From NCBI GenBank assembly GCA_049319825.1, contig JBMORT010000006.1, positions 80,012-144,011 of the forward strand: a DNA stretch of 64,000 nt, given 5' to 3'. Each line of letters begins with the position of its first letter. Position 1 is the first letter of the stretch. The translations under genes were made by a program, and so were the position numbers. This stretch comes from Patescibacteria group bacterium (lineage in GTDB: Bacteria > Patescibacteriota > Patescibacteriia > UBA11705 > DATKZF01). The notes beneath the pieces are model-generated. The model did not search any database. It saw nothing but the letters and a program-made list of their open reading frames with translations, and was not told the origin of the DNA. Shown piece by piece: positions 10,834 through 20,206 of this stretch.

Positions 10834-11379
10834 ATGTCAAGAATCGGAAAAAAACCAATTAATATTCCAGCGGGTGTTTCCGCCACTATCGATGGCCATA
10901 CCGTGAAGATCAAAGGTCCAAAAGGGGAATTGAATCAGACAATTCATCCCAGCATTAAAGTTGAACAAAAAGACGGTCAATTGGTTTTTGAAATCTCACA
11001 GTTAGATAACAAAAAAGCCAATGCTTTTTGGGGATTATTCAGAAGCTTGGTGAATAACATGATCATTGGCGTGACTGAAGGTTTTGAAAAAAAATTGGAA
11101 ATCAACGGCGTCGGTTACAAAGCCAATGCCGGCGGCAAGAAGATCACTTTGAATGTCGGCTATTCTCATCCGGTTGAATTTGAATTGCCGGACGGAATTA
11201 CGGCCGCGGTTGATGCGAATGTTATCACTATCAGCGGTATTGATAAACAGTTGGTCGGAGAAGTGGCCGCCAATATTCGAAAAATCAGAAAACCAGAACC
11301 GTATAAAGGCAAAGGTATTAAATATGCGGATGAAGTGATTATTCGAAAAGCGGGTAAGACAGTTAAATCAGCCGAATAA
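10834..11379 (+). CDS. rplF: 50S ribosomal protein L6
   Basis: MSRIGKKPINIPAGV... The ATG at 10834 is preferred to the upstream GTG at 10819. Confidence 0.9.
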   Translation: MSRIGKKPINIPAGVSATIDGHTVKIKGPKGELNQTIHPSIKVEQKDGQLVFEISQLDNKKANAFWGLFRSLVNNMIIGVTEGFEKKLEINGVGYKANAGGKKITLNVGYSHPVEFELPDGITAAVDANVITISGIDKQLVGEVAANIRKIRKPEPYKGKGIKYADEVIIRKAGKTVKSAE

Positions 11380-11381
11380 TA

Positions 11382-11747
11382 TTGATTATAATAATTATGA
11401 CAAATAGGATGAAAATTAAAGATCAGAAAAGACAGCTGCGCAAACGCCGTGTCAGGGCGAAAGTTTTTGGTACGGCGAAAAGGCCGAGAATGAGCGTTTA
11501 TAAAAGTTTGAATAATTGCTATATTCAATTGATTGATGATGGAGCGAAAAAGACTTTGCTGGCGATGGATGATCGCCAATATAAGGGAGCCAAAGCCAAA
11601 AGAGCCGAACAGCTTGGTGATGCGCTGGCGAAAGCGGCGATTAAGGCCGGCATTGAAGTGGTTGTTTTTGACCGCGGCGGATTTAGGTATCATGGGAGAA
11701 TAAAAGCGCTTGCCGAAGCGGCTAGAGCGGCTGGATTAAAATTTTAA
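11382..11747 (+). CDS. rplR: 50S ribosomal protein L18
   Basis: RRVRAKVFGTAKRPRMSVYKSLNNCYIQLID is the L18 pattern. The exact start is uncertain (alternative ATGs at 11397 and 11409). Confidence 0.87.
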   Translation: MIIIIMTNRMKIKDQKRQLRKRRVRAKVFGTAKRPRMSVYKSLNNCYIQLIDDGAKKTLLAMDDRQYKGAKAKRAEQLGDALAKAAIKAGIEVVVFDRGGFRYHGRIKALAEAARAAGLKF

Positions 11748-11767
11748 CTTTTTATAAATTTTAAGAT

Positions 11768-12367
11768 ATGTTTAAAAATAGGAAAAATAGATTTGCCGAA
11801 AAGGAATATAACCAGCAGCTGATTCATTTAGCGAGAGTAACGCGAGTTATGGCCGGCGGTAAAAGGATGCGTTTCCGCGCGACAGTGGCGATCGGTGACG
11901 GCAATGGTCGGGTGGGATTCGCGGTGGCTAAAGGAGCCGACGTGACATTAGCGATCAATAAGGCGGTCAGAAAAGCGAAGAAAAATTTGATAGTCGTGCC
12001 GATTATCAATAAAACCATACCGCATGAGGTTCGCGTCAAATACAAATCAGGCAAGCTGCTGCTTAAACCGGCGCCGATCGGCACGGGTATTAAGGCGGGC
12101 AGCGTCGTCAGGCAAATTTTGGAACTGGGTGGAGTTCCGAATGTTATTGGTAAGATACTGGGAACCCGTAATAAATTGATAAACGCTCAAGCGGTGATCA
12201 TTGCGTTGTCCAGCTTTAAAACGGACGGTCTTAAGCTTGATAAAACTCAGCCGAAAAAAGCGGCTGACGAAAGATTTGGCAAATCATTCGCGAAACCCGC
12301 AAGAGCTAGGAAAGCGTCGGATCGACGGGGCAAAAAAATTGATGATAAATCAACAGATAAGAAATAA
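11768..12367 (+). CDS. rpsE: 30S ribosomal protein S5 with a C-terminal Lys-rich extension
   Basis: S5 dsRBD and C-terminal domain (RVTRVMAGGKRMRFRATVAIGDGNGRVGFA). Confidence 0.92.
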   Translation: MFKNRKNRFAEKEYNQQLIHLARVTRVMAGGKRMRFRATVAIGDGNGRVGFAVAKGADVTLAINKAVRKAKKNLIVVPIINKTIPHEVRVKYKSGKLLLKPAPIGTGIKAGSVVRQILELGGVPNVIGKILGTRNKLINAQAVIIALSSFKTDGLKLDKTQPKKAADERFGKSFAKPARARKASDRRGKKIDDKSTDKK

Positions 12368-12369
12368 TT

Positions 12370-12849
12370 ATGCCACTACATTTGCATACAATTAAAACAG
12401 CCAATAAAAAGCCGCGGAAACGGGTTGGCCGAGGCAGCGGTTCTGGGCGCGGCACCTATGCCGGCCGAGGACTCAAGGGTCAAAGAGCCAGATCCGGCGG
12501 AAAAAAAGGGCTGAAGATCAAGGGATTCAAATCCAATTTGCTTAGGATTCCCAAACTTCGCGGTTTTAACAGTCCAAAGCCCAAAAAGCAAATAGTAAAA
12601 CTGTCAATACTAAATAAATACTTCAATGACGGCGATTCCGTTAATCCTAGGGAATTAGCGGCTAAGGATTTAATCAAAGACGTGAAAATCGGCGTGAAGG
12701 TTTTATTGGATGCGAAAACATCCAAAAAATTGAATTTTCAGAATTGTTGGTTTTCAAAATCAGCTGAAAATGTTATCATTAAATCCGGAGGAAAAATTCA
12801 AAGGGAAGATTCACCGGCTACGGCCAAAGAGCAGCGCGAAAAAAAATAA
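12370..12849 (+). CDS. rplO: 50S ribosomal protein L15
   Basis: RVGRGSGSGRGTYAGRGLKGQ. It follows rpsE directly, so there is no L30 gene between them. Confidence 0.9.
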   Translation: MPLHLHTIKTANKKPRKRVGRGSGSGRGTYAGRGLKGQRARSGGKKGLKIKGFKSNLLRIPKLRGFNSPKPKKQIVKLSILNKYFNDGDSVNPRELAAKDLIKDVKIGVKVLLDAKTSKKLNFQNCWFSKSAENVIIKSGGKIQREDSPATAKEQREKK

Positions 12850-12900
12850 TTTTGTCTCTGCCCATCCTTCTTTTTTCCCTCTGCTTACCCCAATATCAAT

Positions 12901-14172
12901 ATGTGGCAAAAACTTGTCCAAATCTGGAAAATAAAAGATCTACGAAACAGCATAGTTTTTGTTTTAGCCATGTTGGCGGTTTTCCGATTGGCGGCGCACA
13001 TTCCCATTCCCGGAATAAATATTGAAAATTTAAGAGAATTTTTTTCATCAAATGACATTTTGGGTTTGATGAATATATTTTCCGGCGGCGGCATGCAAAA
13101 TTTTTCCATTGTGATGATGGGAGTGGCTCCATATATTACCGCTTCCATTATTTTTCAGCTGCTGGCGATGATCATTCCCAAATTGGAAGAAATGAATAAA
13201 GAAGAAGCTGGTCGTCAAAAAATAAACCAATATACGCGCATCGCCACTATCCCGATGGCGCTGCTTCAGGCTTATGGCATGATTCGTATTCTTTCAACGT
13301 CTCCCCAGCCGATCATTGAGGATTTGAATCCTTTTCGATTTGTCGCCATGTTGATTACCATTACCGCCGGCACCATGTTTTTGGTCTGGATCGGAGAATT
13401 GATATCGGAGAAAAAAATCGGTAATGGCATTTCACTTTTAATATTTGCCGGCATTATCGCCAGCATTCCGACAGCGCTTCAGCAGGTGGTGATAAACTTT
13501 GACCGTTCTCAATTGATCACGTTAGTCGTATTTGTGGCGATCGCCGTTGTGACGATTGTCGGTGTGGTAATTATCACCGAGGGGCAGCGAAAAATTCCGG
13601 TTTCTTACGCCCGAAGAGTGCGCGGCATGAAAATGTACGGCGGCACCAGCACTCATTTACCCCTCAGAGTTAACCAGGCCGGTGTTATTCCCATTATTTT
13701 CGCCATTTCCATTATTTTATTTCCACCCATGGTCGCTCAGTTTTTCGTGAACGCCCAAACCGCATTTATAGCCAGATTGGCGCAGTTTGTGATTGACGTT
13801 TTCCAGAATCAATGGTTTTACGGCATTATGTATTTTGTCTTGGTTTTCGGTTTCACATATTTTTACACGGCGGTTATCTTCCATCCGGGACAGATTGCCG
13901 AAAATTTACAAAAACAAGGCGGATTTATTCCCGGCATCAGGCCCGGCCAGCATACCGAACAATACTTGAATAACACGATCAAACGAATCACTTTTTTGGG
14001 AGCGCTATTTCTGGGAGTGATCGCCATACTGCCATTGGTGATGCAGCAAGCGACCGGCATGACATCTTTGGTCATCGGCGGCACCAGTTTGCTGATCGTC
14101 GTTAGCGTGGTCATCGAAACGGTCAAACAAATTGAAGCGCAGATGGTCATGCGAGATTACGACGGTTTTTAA
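12901..14172 (+). CDS. secY: Preprotein translocase subunit SecY
   Basis: 10-TM protein with SecY signatures (MMGVAPYITASIIFQLL, GGTSTHLPLRVNQAGVIPIIFA). Confidence 0.95.
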   Translation: MWQKLVQIWKIKDLRNSIVFVLAMLAVFRLAAHIPIPGINIENLREFFSSNDILGLMNIFSGGGMQNFSIVMMGVAPYITASIIFQLLAMIIPKLEEMNKEEAGRQKINQYTRIATIPMALLQAYGMIRILSTSPQPIIEDLNPFRFVAMLITITAGTMFLVWIGELISEKKIGNGISLLIFAGIIASIPTALQQVVINFDRSQLITLVVFVAIAVVTIVGVVIITEGQRKIPVSYARRVRGMKMYGGTSTHLPLRVNQAGVIPIIFAISIILFPPMVAQFFVNAQTAFIARLAQFVIDVFQNQWFYGIMYFVLVFGFTYFYTAVIFHPGQIAENLQKQGGFIPGIRPGQHTEQYLNNTIKRITFLGALFLGVIAILPLVMQQATGMTSLVIGGTSLLIVVSVVIETVKQIEAQMVMRDYDGF

Positions 14173-14206
14173 TTATAAATCAGTTACTGAATTAAATTAT
14201 AAATTG

Positions 14207-14233
14207 ATCCCGCACATTCTCGCGGGATTTTTA
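14207..14233 (+). terminator. Hairpin plus T-run (intrinsic terminator or attenuator) between secY and adk
   Basis: ATCCCGC-acattct-GCGGGAT followed by TTTTT. Confidence 0.5.
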
Positions 14234-14267
14234 ATAGACTTTTTGACCGGCTTACGTTACAATAAAA

Positions 14268-14918
14268 TTGAATATTATGAAAAACATTATTTTTATCGGC
14301 CCGCCCGGATCCGGCAAAGGCACTCAAACTCGGCAATTGGCCGCCGCGAGGCAGCTACCGCTAATATCAACCGGTGCGCTGCTGAGAAAAGAAGTTCAGC
14401 AAGAGACCCCGATCGGCCGAGATATAAAAAATGACCTGTATTCCGGGGAATTAGCGCCGGATGATATTGTCAATAAAATGATATTGCACATCTTAGACGA
14501 TACGGGGCCAAATTTCATATTGGATGGTTATCCGAGAAACATTAATCAGGCCAGGACAATTGTTGGTTTTTTAAAAGAGAAAAAGTGGTCGATGATCATA
14601 TTTGAATTGAAACTGCCTGATCGCATCGCCATCGAGCGCATCAGCGGCAGACGGACGTGCGGTTGCGGGCGCGTTTATCATTTGGTTTATGATCCACCCA
14701 AAAATGACGAGATTTGCGATGTCTGCGGCCGAAAATTGGCGATCCGTGATGATCAGCGGCCGTCGGTAGTTAAAAACAGATTGGACCTTTACCACGACAT
14801 TACCGAGCCGATGATAAAATATTTGCAAAGTCAGCATGATATTGACATTGAATATCACCAGATAGATTCAACTCGAGATATCAATGATGTATTTAAAGAC
14901 ATCACTTCTAAAATATGA
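14268..14918 (+). CDS. adk: Adenylate kinase with a Cys4 zinc lid
   Basis: P-loop GPPGSGKGTQ; lid CGCGRVYH...CDVCGRK. Confidence 0.93.
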   Translation: MNIMKNIIFIGPPGSGKGTQTRQLAAARQLPLISTGALLRKEVQQETPIGRDIKNDLYSGELAPDDIVNKMILHILDDTGPNFILDGYPRNINQARTIVGFLKEKKWSMIIFELKLPDRIAIERISGRRTCGCGRVYHLVYDPPKNDEICDVCGRKLAIRDDQRPSVVKNRLDLYHDITEPMIKYLQSQHDIDIEYHQIDSTRDINDVFKDITSKI

Positions 14919-15688
14919 TTATCATCAAAACTCCTCTGGAAATCGATACCATGAGAACCGGCGGTAAAATATTGGCTTCGGTTTTGTTTGAGGTCGAGAA
15001 AAATTTGGCGCCCGGAGTTAGCGCTCAGCAGCTTGATGAGTTAGCGGAAAAATTAATCAGGGCCAATGGCGGCCGGCCGTCGTTTAAAGGATATGGCTCA
15101 AAAAATAATCCGTATCCGGCGACTTTATGCGTGTCGGTCAATGATGAAGTTGTCCATGGCATACCCACCGGTGATAAAATATTTAAGACAGGCGATATTG
15201 TCAGTTTGGACATCGGCATGCAATACCCGGCCAAAGGCGGCACGTACACGGACATGGCGGTCACCGTCGGCGTGGGCAAAATAAGCAAGCCAGCCAAGCT
15301 TTTAATAAAAACTACCAAAAAAGCTTTGGAAAATGGCATAACTCAATGTCGCGGAGGCAATTTATTGTCGCAAGTATCGGCGGCAATATACCAAACGGCA
15401 AAAAAACAAGGTTTTTCAGTGGTCAGATCATTGGTCGGTCATGGCGTCGGGAAGCAGGTTCATGAAGATCCGCAGATTCCCAATTTCGTGTCTGACGATC
15501 GAGATATAATTTTAAAGCCGGGCATGACTTTGGCTTTGGAACCGATGGTGAATTTGGGGGATTATCAGGTGGAGCTGCTCAATGATGGTTGGACATTCTC
15601 CACAGCCGATGGCAAGCTTTCCGCTCATTTTGAGCATACGGTGCTGGTGACAGACGGTGAACCAGAAGTGCTGACGCGTTTATCGTAG
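14915..15688 (+). CDS. map: Methionine aminopeptidase type I
   Basis: MetAP metal-ligand context (VHGIP, GHGVGKQVHEDP, FEHTVLVT); overlaps the adk stop by 4 nt. Confidence 0.93.
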   Translation: MIIIKTPLEIDTMRTGGKILASVLFEVEKNLAPGVSAQQLDELAEKLIRANGGRPSFKGYGSKNNPYPATLCVSVNDEVVHGIPTGDKIFKTGDIVSLDIGMQYPAKGGTYTDMAVTVGVGKISKPAKLLIKTTKKALENGITQCRGGNLLSQVSAAIYQTAKKQGFSVVRSLVGHGVGKQVHEDPQIPNFVSDDRDIILKPGMTLALEPMVNLGDYQVELLNDGWTFSTADGKLSAHFEHTVLVTDGEPEVLTRLS

Positions 15689-15775
15689 CCAAAAACGATG
15701 AGTGAAAAAAGTAAAACGACTATTATACCAATACGCGATTTTTTCTTTCTCATTTTTAATTTTATTTTTAATTGT

Positions 15776-16174
15776 ATGCAGTTACTCGGCATTGATTACG
15801 GTAAAAGCAAAGTTGGATTGGCGCTGGGCGATGATATCACCAAGCTGGCTTTTGCATTGAAGACCATTAAAAACGAAGGCAACGATCGATTGGTTAAAAA
15901 TATAAAAGAATTAGTCAAAGAAGAAGCCGTTGAGTTAATAGTCATCGGTAAACCCATCAATCTGCAAGGTCAGTCCGAGGTTTCCAAGGATTTGCAGGAA
16001 TTTTTCGATGAGCTCGCAGCCGAATATTCGGTTGTTTGGCAAAACGAGCAGCTGACGACCAAACAAGCGGAAAGTCTGGCGAAAACAATTCCGGGCAAAC
16101 CGGTGGTGCTTAAAAAAGTTGATGATAAAATAGCGGCCATGATTATTTTACAGTCATATCTTGATACAGTTTAA
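15776..16174 (+). CDS. ruvX: Putative pre-16S rRNA nuclease / Holliday-junction resolvase-like YqgF (RuvX)
   Basis: LGIDYGKSKVGLALGD N-terminus is typical of YqgF. The ATG at 15776 is preferred over the track start at 15698. Confidence 0.8.
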   Translation: MQLLGIDYGKSKVGLALGDDITKLAFALKTIKNEGNDRLVKNIKELVKEEAVELIVIGKPINLQGQSEVSKDLQEFFDELAAEYSVVWQNEQLTTKQAESLAKTIPGKPVVLKKVDDKIAAMIILQSYLDTV

Positions 16175-16317
16175 GCACCAAACAACAAATTACAAAAAAA
16201 GTGACCAAATTTCAATTTTAAAATTTCAAATATTTAGTAGTTGGAGCTTGGATATTGGATATTGTGATTTATCCGTCGACTCTGCTCGGGACAGGTTTGT
16301 AGTTTGGTGCTTGTGAT

Positions 16318-17037
16318 TTGTTATTTCGCTTTTTTATGTATTCAAAAGACTTCGCCATAACATTAGCCAAAAGGAGCGCGGATGACGCCTCCAATTTTTA
16401 TATACTTTACAGCCAAAAAAATGGAATGCAGACCGTTAAAGTTCGCGGCGCGAAAAGATCGCTGAGCAAAATGGCCGGCCATCTAGAACCGCCGGCTTTG
16501 GTCGAAGTGTTTGTTGCCAGCGGCAGGAAAATAAATTATCTGGCCGGCGCCAATTTGATTAAAAGGTTTAATCTTAATTCACTGGAAAAATACCGCCAGC
16601 AATTTTGGCTGGTCAAAGTGATTATGGAATTATTCAAGGAAAATAGCGGCGATCTGACCATGTGGCTGCTGCTTAATGAATATTATCAGCAGCTGGATGT
16701 GATTCGCACCGATAAAGAGGCGGAGCTGCTAAAAAATATTTTTATCTGGCGGCTGGGCGCTGTCTTGGGCTTAAAACCGGATTTGATAAACTGCCATGAC
16801 TGCGGCCGTCAGGCGAGCGGATTTTATTTAAACATGAATAAAGGATCGCTGGTGTGCGAAAATTGTCACAGCGGAGGCGGATATTTGCTGTCCGGCCGGA
16901 TATTGGAGTCGTTGGGGCATATTTACGCTGTGGGTTTGGGTAGTATTTTTAATGAATTGGTCGGCAGCGATGAACTGTTCGCTTTTCACAATTTTACAAT
17001 AAAATATTGGCAGCATCGGCTGGAAACAAAACTGTAA
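16318..17037 (+). CDS. recO: DNA repair protein RecO-like (OB fold plus C-terminal Cys4 zinc motif)
   Basis: Length of about 240 aa; CHDCGR...CENCHSG zinc motif; the N-terminal region is consistent with RecO. The exact start is uncertain. Confidence 0.62.
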   Translation: MLFRFFMYSKDFAITLAKRSADDASNFYILYSQKNGMQTVKVRGAKRSLSKMAGHLEPPALVEVFVASGRKINYLAGANLIKRFNLNSLEKYRQQFWLVKVIMELFKENSGDLTMWLLLNEYYQQLDVIRTDKEAELLKNIFIWRLGAVLGLKPDLINCHDCGRQASGFYLNMNKGSLVCENCHSGGGYLLSGRILESLGHIYAVGLGSIFNELVGSDELFAFHNFTIKYWQHRLETKL

Positions 17038-17047
17038 ATCGCCGCGC

Positions 17048-17076
17048 TTGACTAAAAAAAAAATTCGTGATAAATT
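17048..17076 (+). promoter_or_regulatory. Sigma70-like promoter (TTGACT-17-TAAATT) for the small zinc-ribbon ORF
   Basis: -35/-10 spacing is 17 nt; an AAAGGAGGA RBS precedes the ATG at 17105. Confidence 0.45.
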
Positions 17077-17104
17077 GAACCATCAATCTTGAAAGGAGGA
17101 TTCC

Positions 17105-17311
17105 ATGACCCATCAGAACAACGCGACACCAACTCAGATTGATTGGCGACAGTTGCCCGAATGCGGAATATTTGACACGAAATGTCCGTGGTGCGGCAAT
17201 GAGGACGGTAATTTTTTTAAAAAGGCCGAAACAACGGCTGGAGAAAAAGATGTCTGGATTTGCAATAAGTGTTGTCGATTATTCAAACTGGGCAATATGA
17301 TCAGCTGGTAG
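17105..17311 (+). CDS. Small zinc-ribbon protein (68 aa), hypothetical
   Basis: CPWCG...CNKCC four-Cys arrangement; has its own promoter and a strong RBS. Confidence 0.55.
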   Translation: MTHQNNATPTQIDWRQLPECGIFDTKCPWCGNEDGNFFKKAETTAGEKDVWICNKCCRLFKLGNMISW

Positions 17312-17363
17312 ATCGATCTTAAAAAGGTCGATTTTTACGTAAAAAACGGGAAAAGATAGCTGT

Positions 17364-17392
17364 TTACAAAAATGAAATATTTTGATAAGATG
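17364..17392 (+). promoter_or_regulatory. Sigma70-like promoter (TTTACA-17-TAAGAT)
   Basis: Precedes the AGGAGG RBS and the ATG at 17449. Confidence 0.4.
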
Positions 17393-17448
17393 GGGCAAAT
17401 TGAAGGTTGTTGATCTTTGGAAAAAAGGAGAACAGGAGGTGATGCCCG

Positions 17449-17697
17449 ATGGCCAAGTCAGGAAAGTCAAGAAGCGAGCGCAAACATATTCGTTTGGTGA
17501 AATCCACTGATCGGCGATTGAAATTGGCGACCGTTTCTTTGAATGTCGAAGACTTGTCTTTTGGCAAAGGAGCGGATAATGCTTGTCCGTATTGCTACAA
17601 TGCCAGAGGCAATCAAACAAAAACGATTGGATATGACGGCCGCGTGTATTACATCACCAGCTGCAATCGGTGCGGTAGAGATTATCGAAGACTGTAA
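17449..17697 (+). CDS. Small zinc-ribbon protein (82 aa), hypothetical
   Basis: CPYC...CNRCG motif; an AGGAGG lies 8 nt upstream. Confidence 0.55.
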   Translation: MAKSGKSRSERKHIRLVKSTDRRLKLATVSLNVEDLSFGKGADNACPYCYNARGNQTKTIGYDGRVYYITSCNRCGRDYRRL

Positions 17698-17771
17698 ACG
17701 TCAATCATTGATTGGCGTTTTTAAGTTTGACGGCGGCAAACCAAAAATTCATGCGGCGCATGAATTTTTGG

Positions 17772-17848
17772 TGGTGGGTGTATCTGGACTCGAACCAGAG
17801 ACCTTTACGATGTCAACGTAACGCTCTAACCAGCTGAGCTATACACCC
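17772..17848 (-). tRNA. tRNA-Val (anticodon GAC)
   Basis: Cloverleaf on the reverse complement: GGGTGTA acceptor stem, anticodon loop TTGACAT, T-loop TTCGAGT, encoded CCA. Confidence 0.85.
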
Positions 17849-17947
17849 GCCTTCGCCCTTCGATAAACTCAGGGCTTCAACGGGCAGGCCCGGTAATTTG
17901 GCCTGCCAGCCGAAGCTCCGACGAGCAACGAGAGGAGGAGCGAAGGC

Positions 17948-18024
17948 TGGTGGGTGCGGATGGACTTGAACCATCGACCCCAACGTTATAAGCGTTGTGC
18001 TCTAACCAACTGAGCTACGCACCC
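17948..18024 (-). tRNA. tRNA with anticodon UAU (Ile, reading AUA)
   Basis: Reverse complement folds with acceptor GGGTGCG, anticodon stem CAACG/CGTTG, loop CTTATAA, T-loop TTCAAGT, encoded CCA. Confidence 0.72.
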
Positions 18025-18201
18025 ATCGGTATTGGAAATTGGTTATTGGTTTGGGGCAATGGGGATTGAAAGTTAGGATTCCAATGTTCATCTTTTCAAT
18101 TTTTACGGTGGCTTCATTCCCCTGATTCATGCTCCATGATAAAAAACGGTTCTTGCGATATTTTATCACAATTGAAATATTTTGTAAATAGCAATTATCA
18201 C

Positions 18202-18228
18202 AAAAGCCTTCGAAACGAAGGCTTTTTA
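18202..18228. terminator. Bidirectional intrinsic terminator
   Basis: AGCCTTCG-aaa-CGAAGGCT flanked by an A-run and a T-run; lies just downstream of the stop of the minus-strand 653-aa gene. Confidence 0.55.
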
Positions 18229-18242
18229 TGTTGCGGCTGGAA

Positions 18243-20204
18243 TTATTGTGTAAGCAGTAAATCTTGGCTGATATCGATCGCTTTTAAGGTTGCCAATGCC
18301 GGATTAAAATCATCTTTCGAGGTTATCGGATCTCCCAGGTTATAGTTAAAGAAATAAGAATCGGGCATGTCATCGACGAGTTTCGCCCAGTCGTTTCCGT
18401 ACAGCGCTTGCGCCACTTCTTCTGTCTCGATCCATCTGAGAACGCCGTGAGAATCAACGGCATAAACATTGGGGATGGAAATGATTTTTACCATTCTGAC
18501 CCCCGGCCTGTAGGTCACATTGCCGTCAAGTCTGATAGTGGCGAGGAGCGAGTCGCCGATTGTTTTGACATTGGAAAAATCGGGATACCAGGTCATGTAC
18601 GTATTTCGACTCGGAAAAACATGTCTTTTCTGATCTTCTCCGTAATAATAAACGGTATCTAAAGATCCTTTAAAAATGTCTCCGGGATTAAGATTCACAT
18701 CAGTGGCGCACATTTCCGGATAATCGGCAATATATAAAGTTTTGATTTGTTTAAGAGCGGTTTGGGAATCGGACCATAATAAAATGTCTTCTTTTTTTAT
18801 GCCGCCATAAAGCAGGCCCACTTTAATTTGGTGGTGCCATCCGGCGTCGAGTTTGACAACAGAAAAGTTTATGCTGGAGCAACCATATTTTTCGACTTTA
18901 ATCCAAACATCATCGTGATCCATGTCATTACCCTTGTCTTCAAATTGATAAGTCATGGATCCGTCGGCGGAAGATTCCGTCAGCGCGTAAGGCGTGTTTA
19001 TATGTCGCTCTGTCCCATCCGGGTTTACAATGTATAAGTCATATGACAACAAATCGCAGTCAATAACGCAAGGTATTACCGGAATGTTGGTTTCGCATAC
19101 TGATGAATAATTGGTTAAGGTGACCGTTTTCGATTGTTCAACCGCCAATTGTGAGTTTTCCCAGAGAGATATGGTTTCCTTAGCCATGCCCTGGTACAGT
19201 AATTTTACTTTTATTTGATGGGTCCAGCGGCCATTGACTTTAAATACGGTGAATTTGATGTTTTGGCAATCGTTTTGTTCGGCGATTATCCAGATGTCGT
19301 CAAAATCCATGTCCGCGCCTTTGTCTTCGAATTTATAAAGATAGGTGTTTTCATCAAGCGTCTCTTTGCGCACAAAGCTGGAATTTGAATGTCTTTCAGT
19401 GCCGTCCGGATTGATAATGTATAGATCGTACGAAATTTTTTCACAGTTTAGTGTGCATTCGGCCGGAGGGATGTTTTTATCGACGTAATTGATGGTGTCG
19501 CTGATGGCGCCGGAAGTGGCGCCGCTGGAATTTTTGAATTTGGCATACACGATTTTTGTTCCGAAATTTTCGGTCAACGTCCAACTTTTGCCAGATTGAT
19601 AAGCTTCCCACTGGGCGCCTGTAAAGCTCTGATCATTGGAGATCATCATTTGGTTGACATTACTGGCAATTAAGCTGAGACTGACCGTTCGGCTGTTTGT
19701 CTCGGCGGCATTGTTATTGATAACGATGGCGGTGTTGTATGGATATTGCGGAGTAAATACACCGCCGCCGCCACCACCACCGCCACCGCATCCCGGATTT
19801 ATTGAAGTTACTTCCAGCCGTAAAACAACTGTCGCCCCGGTGCCGTTCATGGTTACGGAATTGGTAATGCAAGCCGGGCTGGTAGTGTAAGCGTTTGATC
19901 CGGATTGTTTGGTTATTTTAAGATATTGAGACGAACTGCTGGTACTGAAAGCGATGCTGGATCCGGCATCGAGAGTAATATCAATATAATTGGACTGAAT
20001 GTCAATGTTTGTGGCCAGGCTGCCATTTTGGGCGATAACCGTCGCGAGGGTGGGCGAAGCGTCAATGGTATTGACCTCTAAATTGGTGTTTGAACTGAAT
20101 GATATGTCATTGATGCCAAAAACAGCAAACGGGTAGCCCAAAAGCAATGTAAATAAAAGAATCACCAACGTGTTTATCAAATTAAATTTATTTGATTTAT
20201 TCAT
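18243..20204 (-). CDS. Secreted repeat protein (653 aa) with a signal peptide, a Gly9 tract and a duplicated ~115-aa Cys-containing domain
   Basis: N-terminal hydrophobic signal. Two homologous blocks (C.L.C..ISYDLYI.NPDGTERH...FEDKG.DMD.DD.WI...). 9 nt separate it from the upstream gene. Confidence 0.8.
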   Translation of the reverse strand: MNKSNKFNLINTLVILLFTLLLGYPFAVFGINDISFSSNTNLEVNTIDASPTLATVIAQNGSLATNIDIQSNYIDITLDAGSSIAFSTSSSSQYLKITKQSGSNAYTTSPACITNSVTMNGTGATVVLRLEVTSINPGCGGGGGGGGGVFTPQYPYNTAIVINNNAAETNSRTVSLSLIASNVNQMMISNDQSFTGAQWEAYQSGKSWTLTENFGTKIVYAKFKNSSGATSGAISDTINYVDKNIPPAECTLNCEKISYDLYIINPDGTERHSNSSFVRKETLDENTYLYKFEDKGADMDFDDIWIIAEQNDCQNIKFTVFKVNGRWTHQIKVKLLYQGMAKETISLWENSQLAVEQSKTVTLTNYSSVCETNIPVIPCVIDCDLLSYDLYIVNPDGTERHINTPYALTESSADGSMTYQFEDKGNDMDHDDVWIKVEKYGCSSINFSVVKLDAGWHHQIKVGLLYGGIKKEDILLWSDSQTALKQIKTLYIADYPEMCATDVNLNPGDIFKGSLDTVYYYGEDQKRHVFPSRNTYMTWYPDFSNVKTIGDSLLATIRLDGNVTYRPGVRMVKIISIPNVYAVDSHGVLRWIETEEVAQALYGNDWAKLVDDMPDSYFFNYNLGDPITSKDDFNPALATLKAIDISQDLLLTQ

Positions 20205-20206
20205 AA

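Noticed and set aside
12885-13148. Minus-strand ORFs overlapping the secY start
   Set aside because: They are antisense to SecY N-terminal TM helices and have no supporting signals.
19770-19800. Gly9 tract as a slippage-prone homopolymer
   Set aside because: It is encoded by mixed GGN codons (ccgccgccaccaccaccgccaccgca on the plus strand), not a mononucleotide run. Phase variation by slippage is therefore unlikely.
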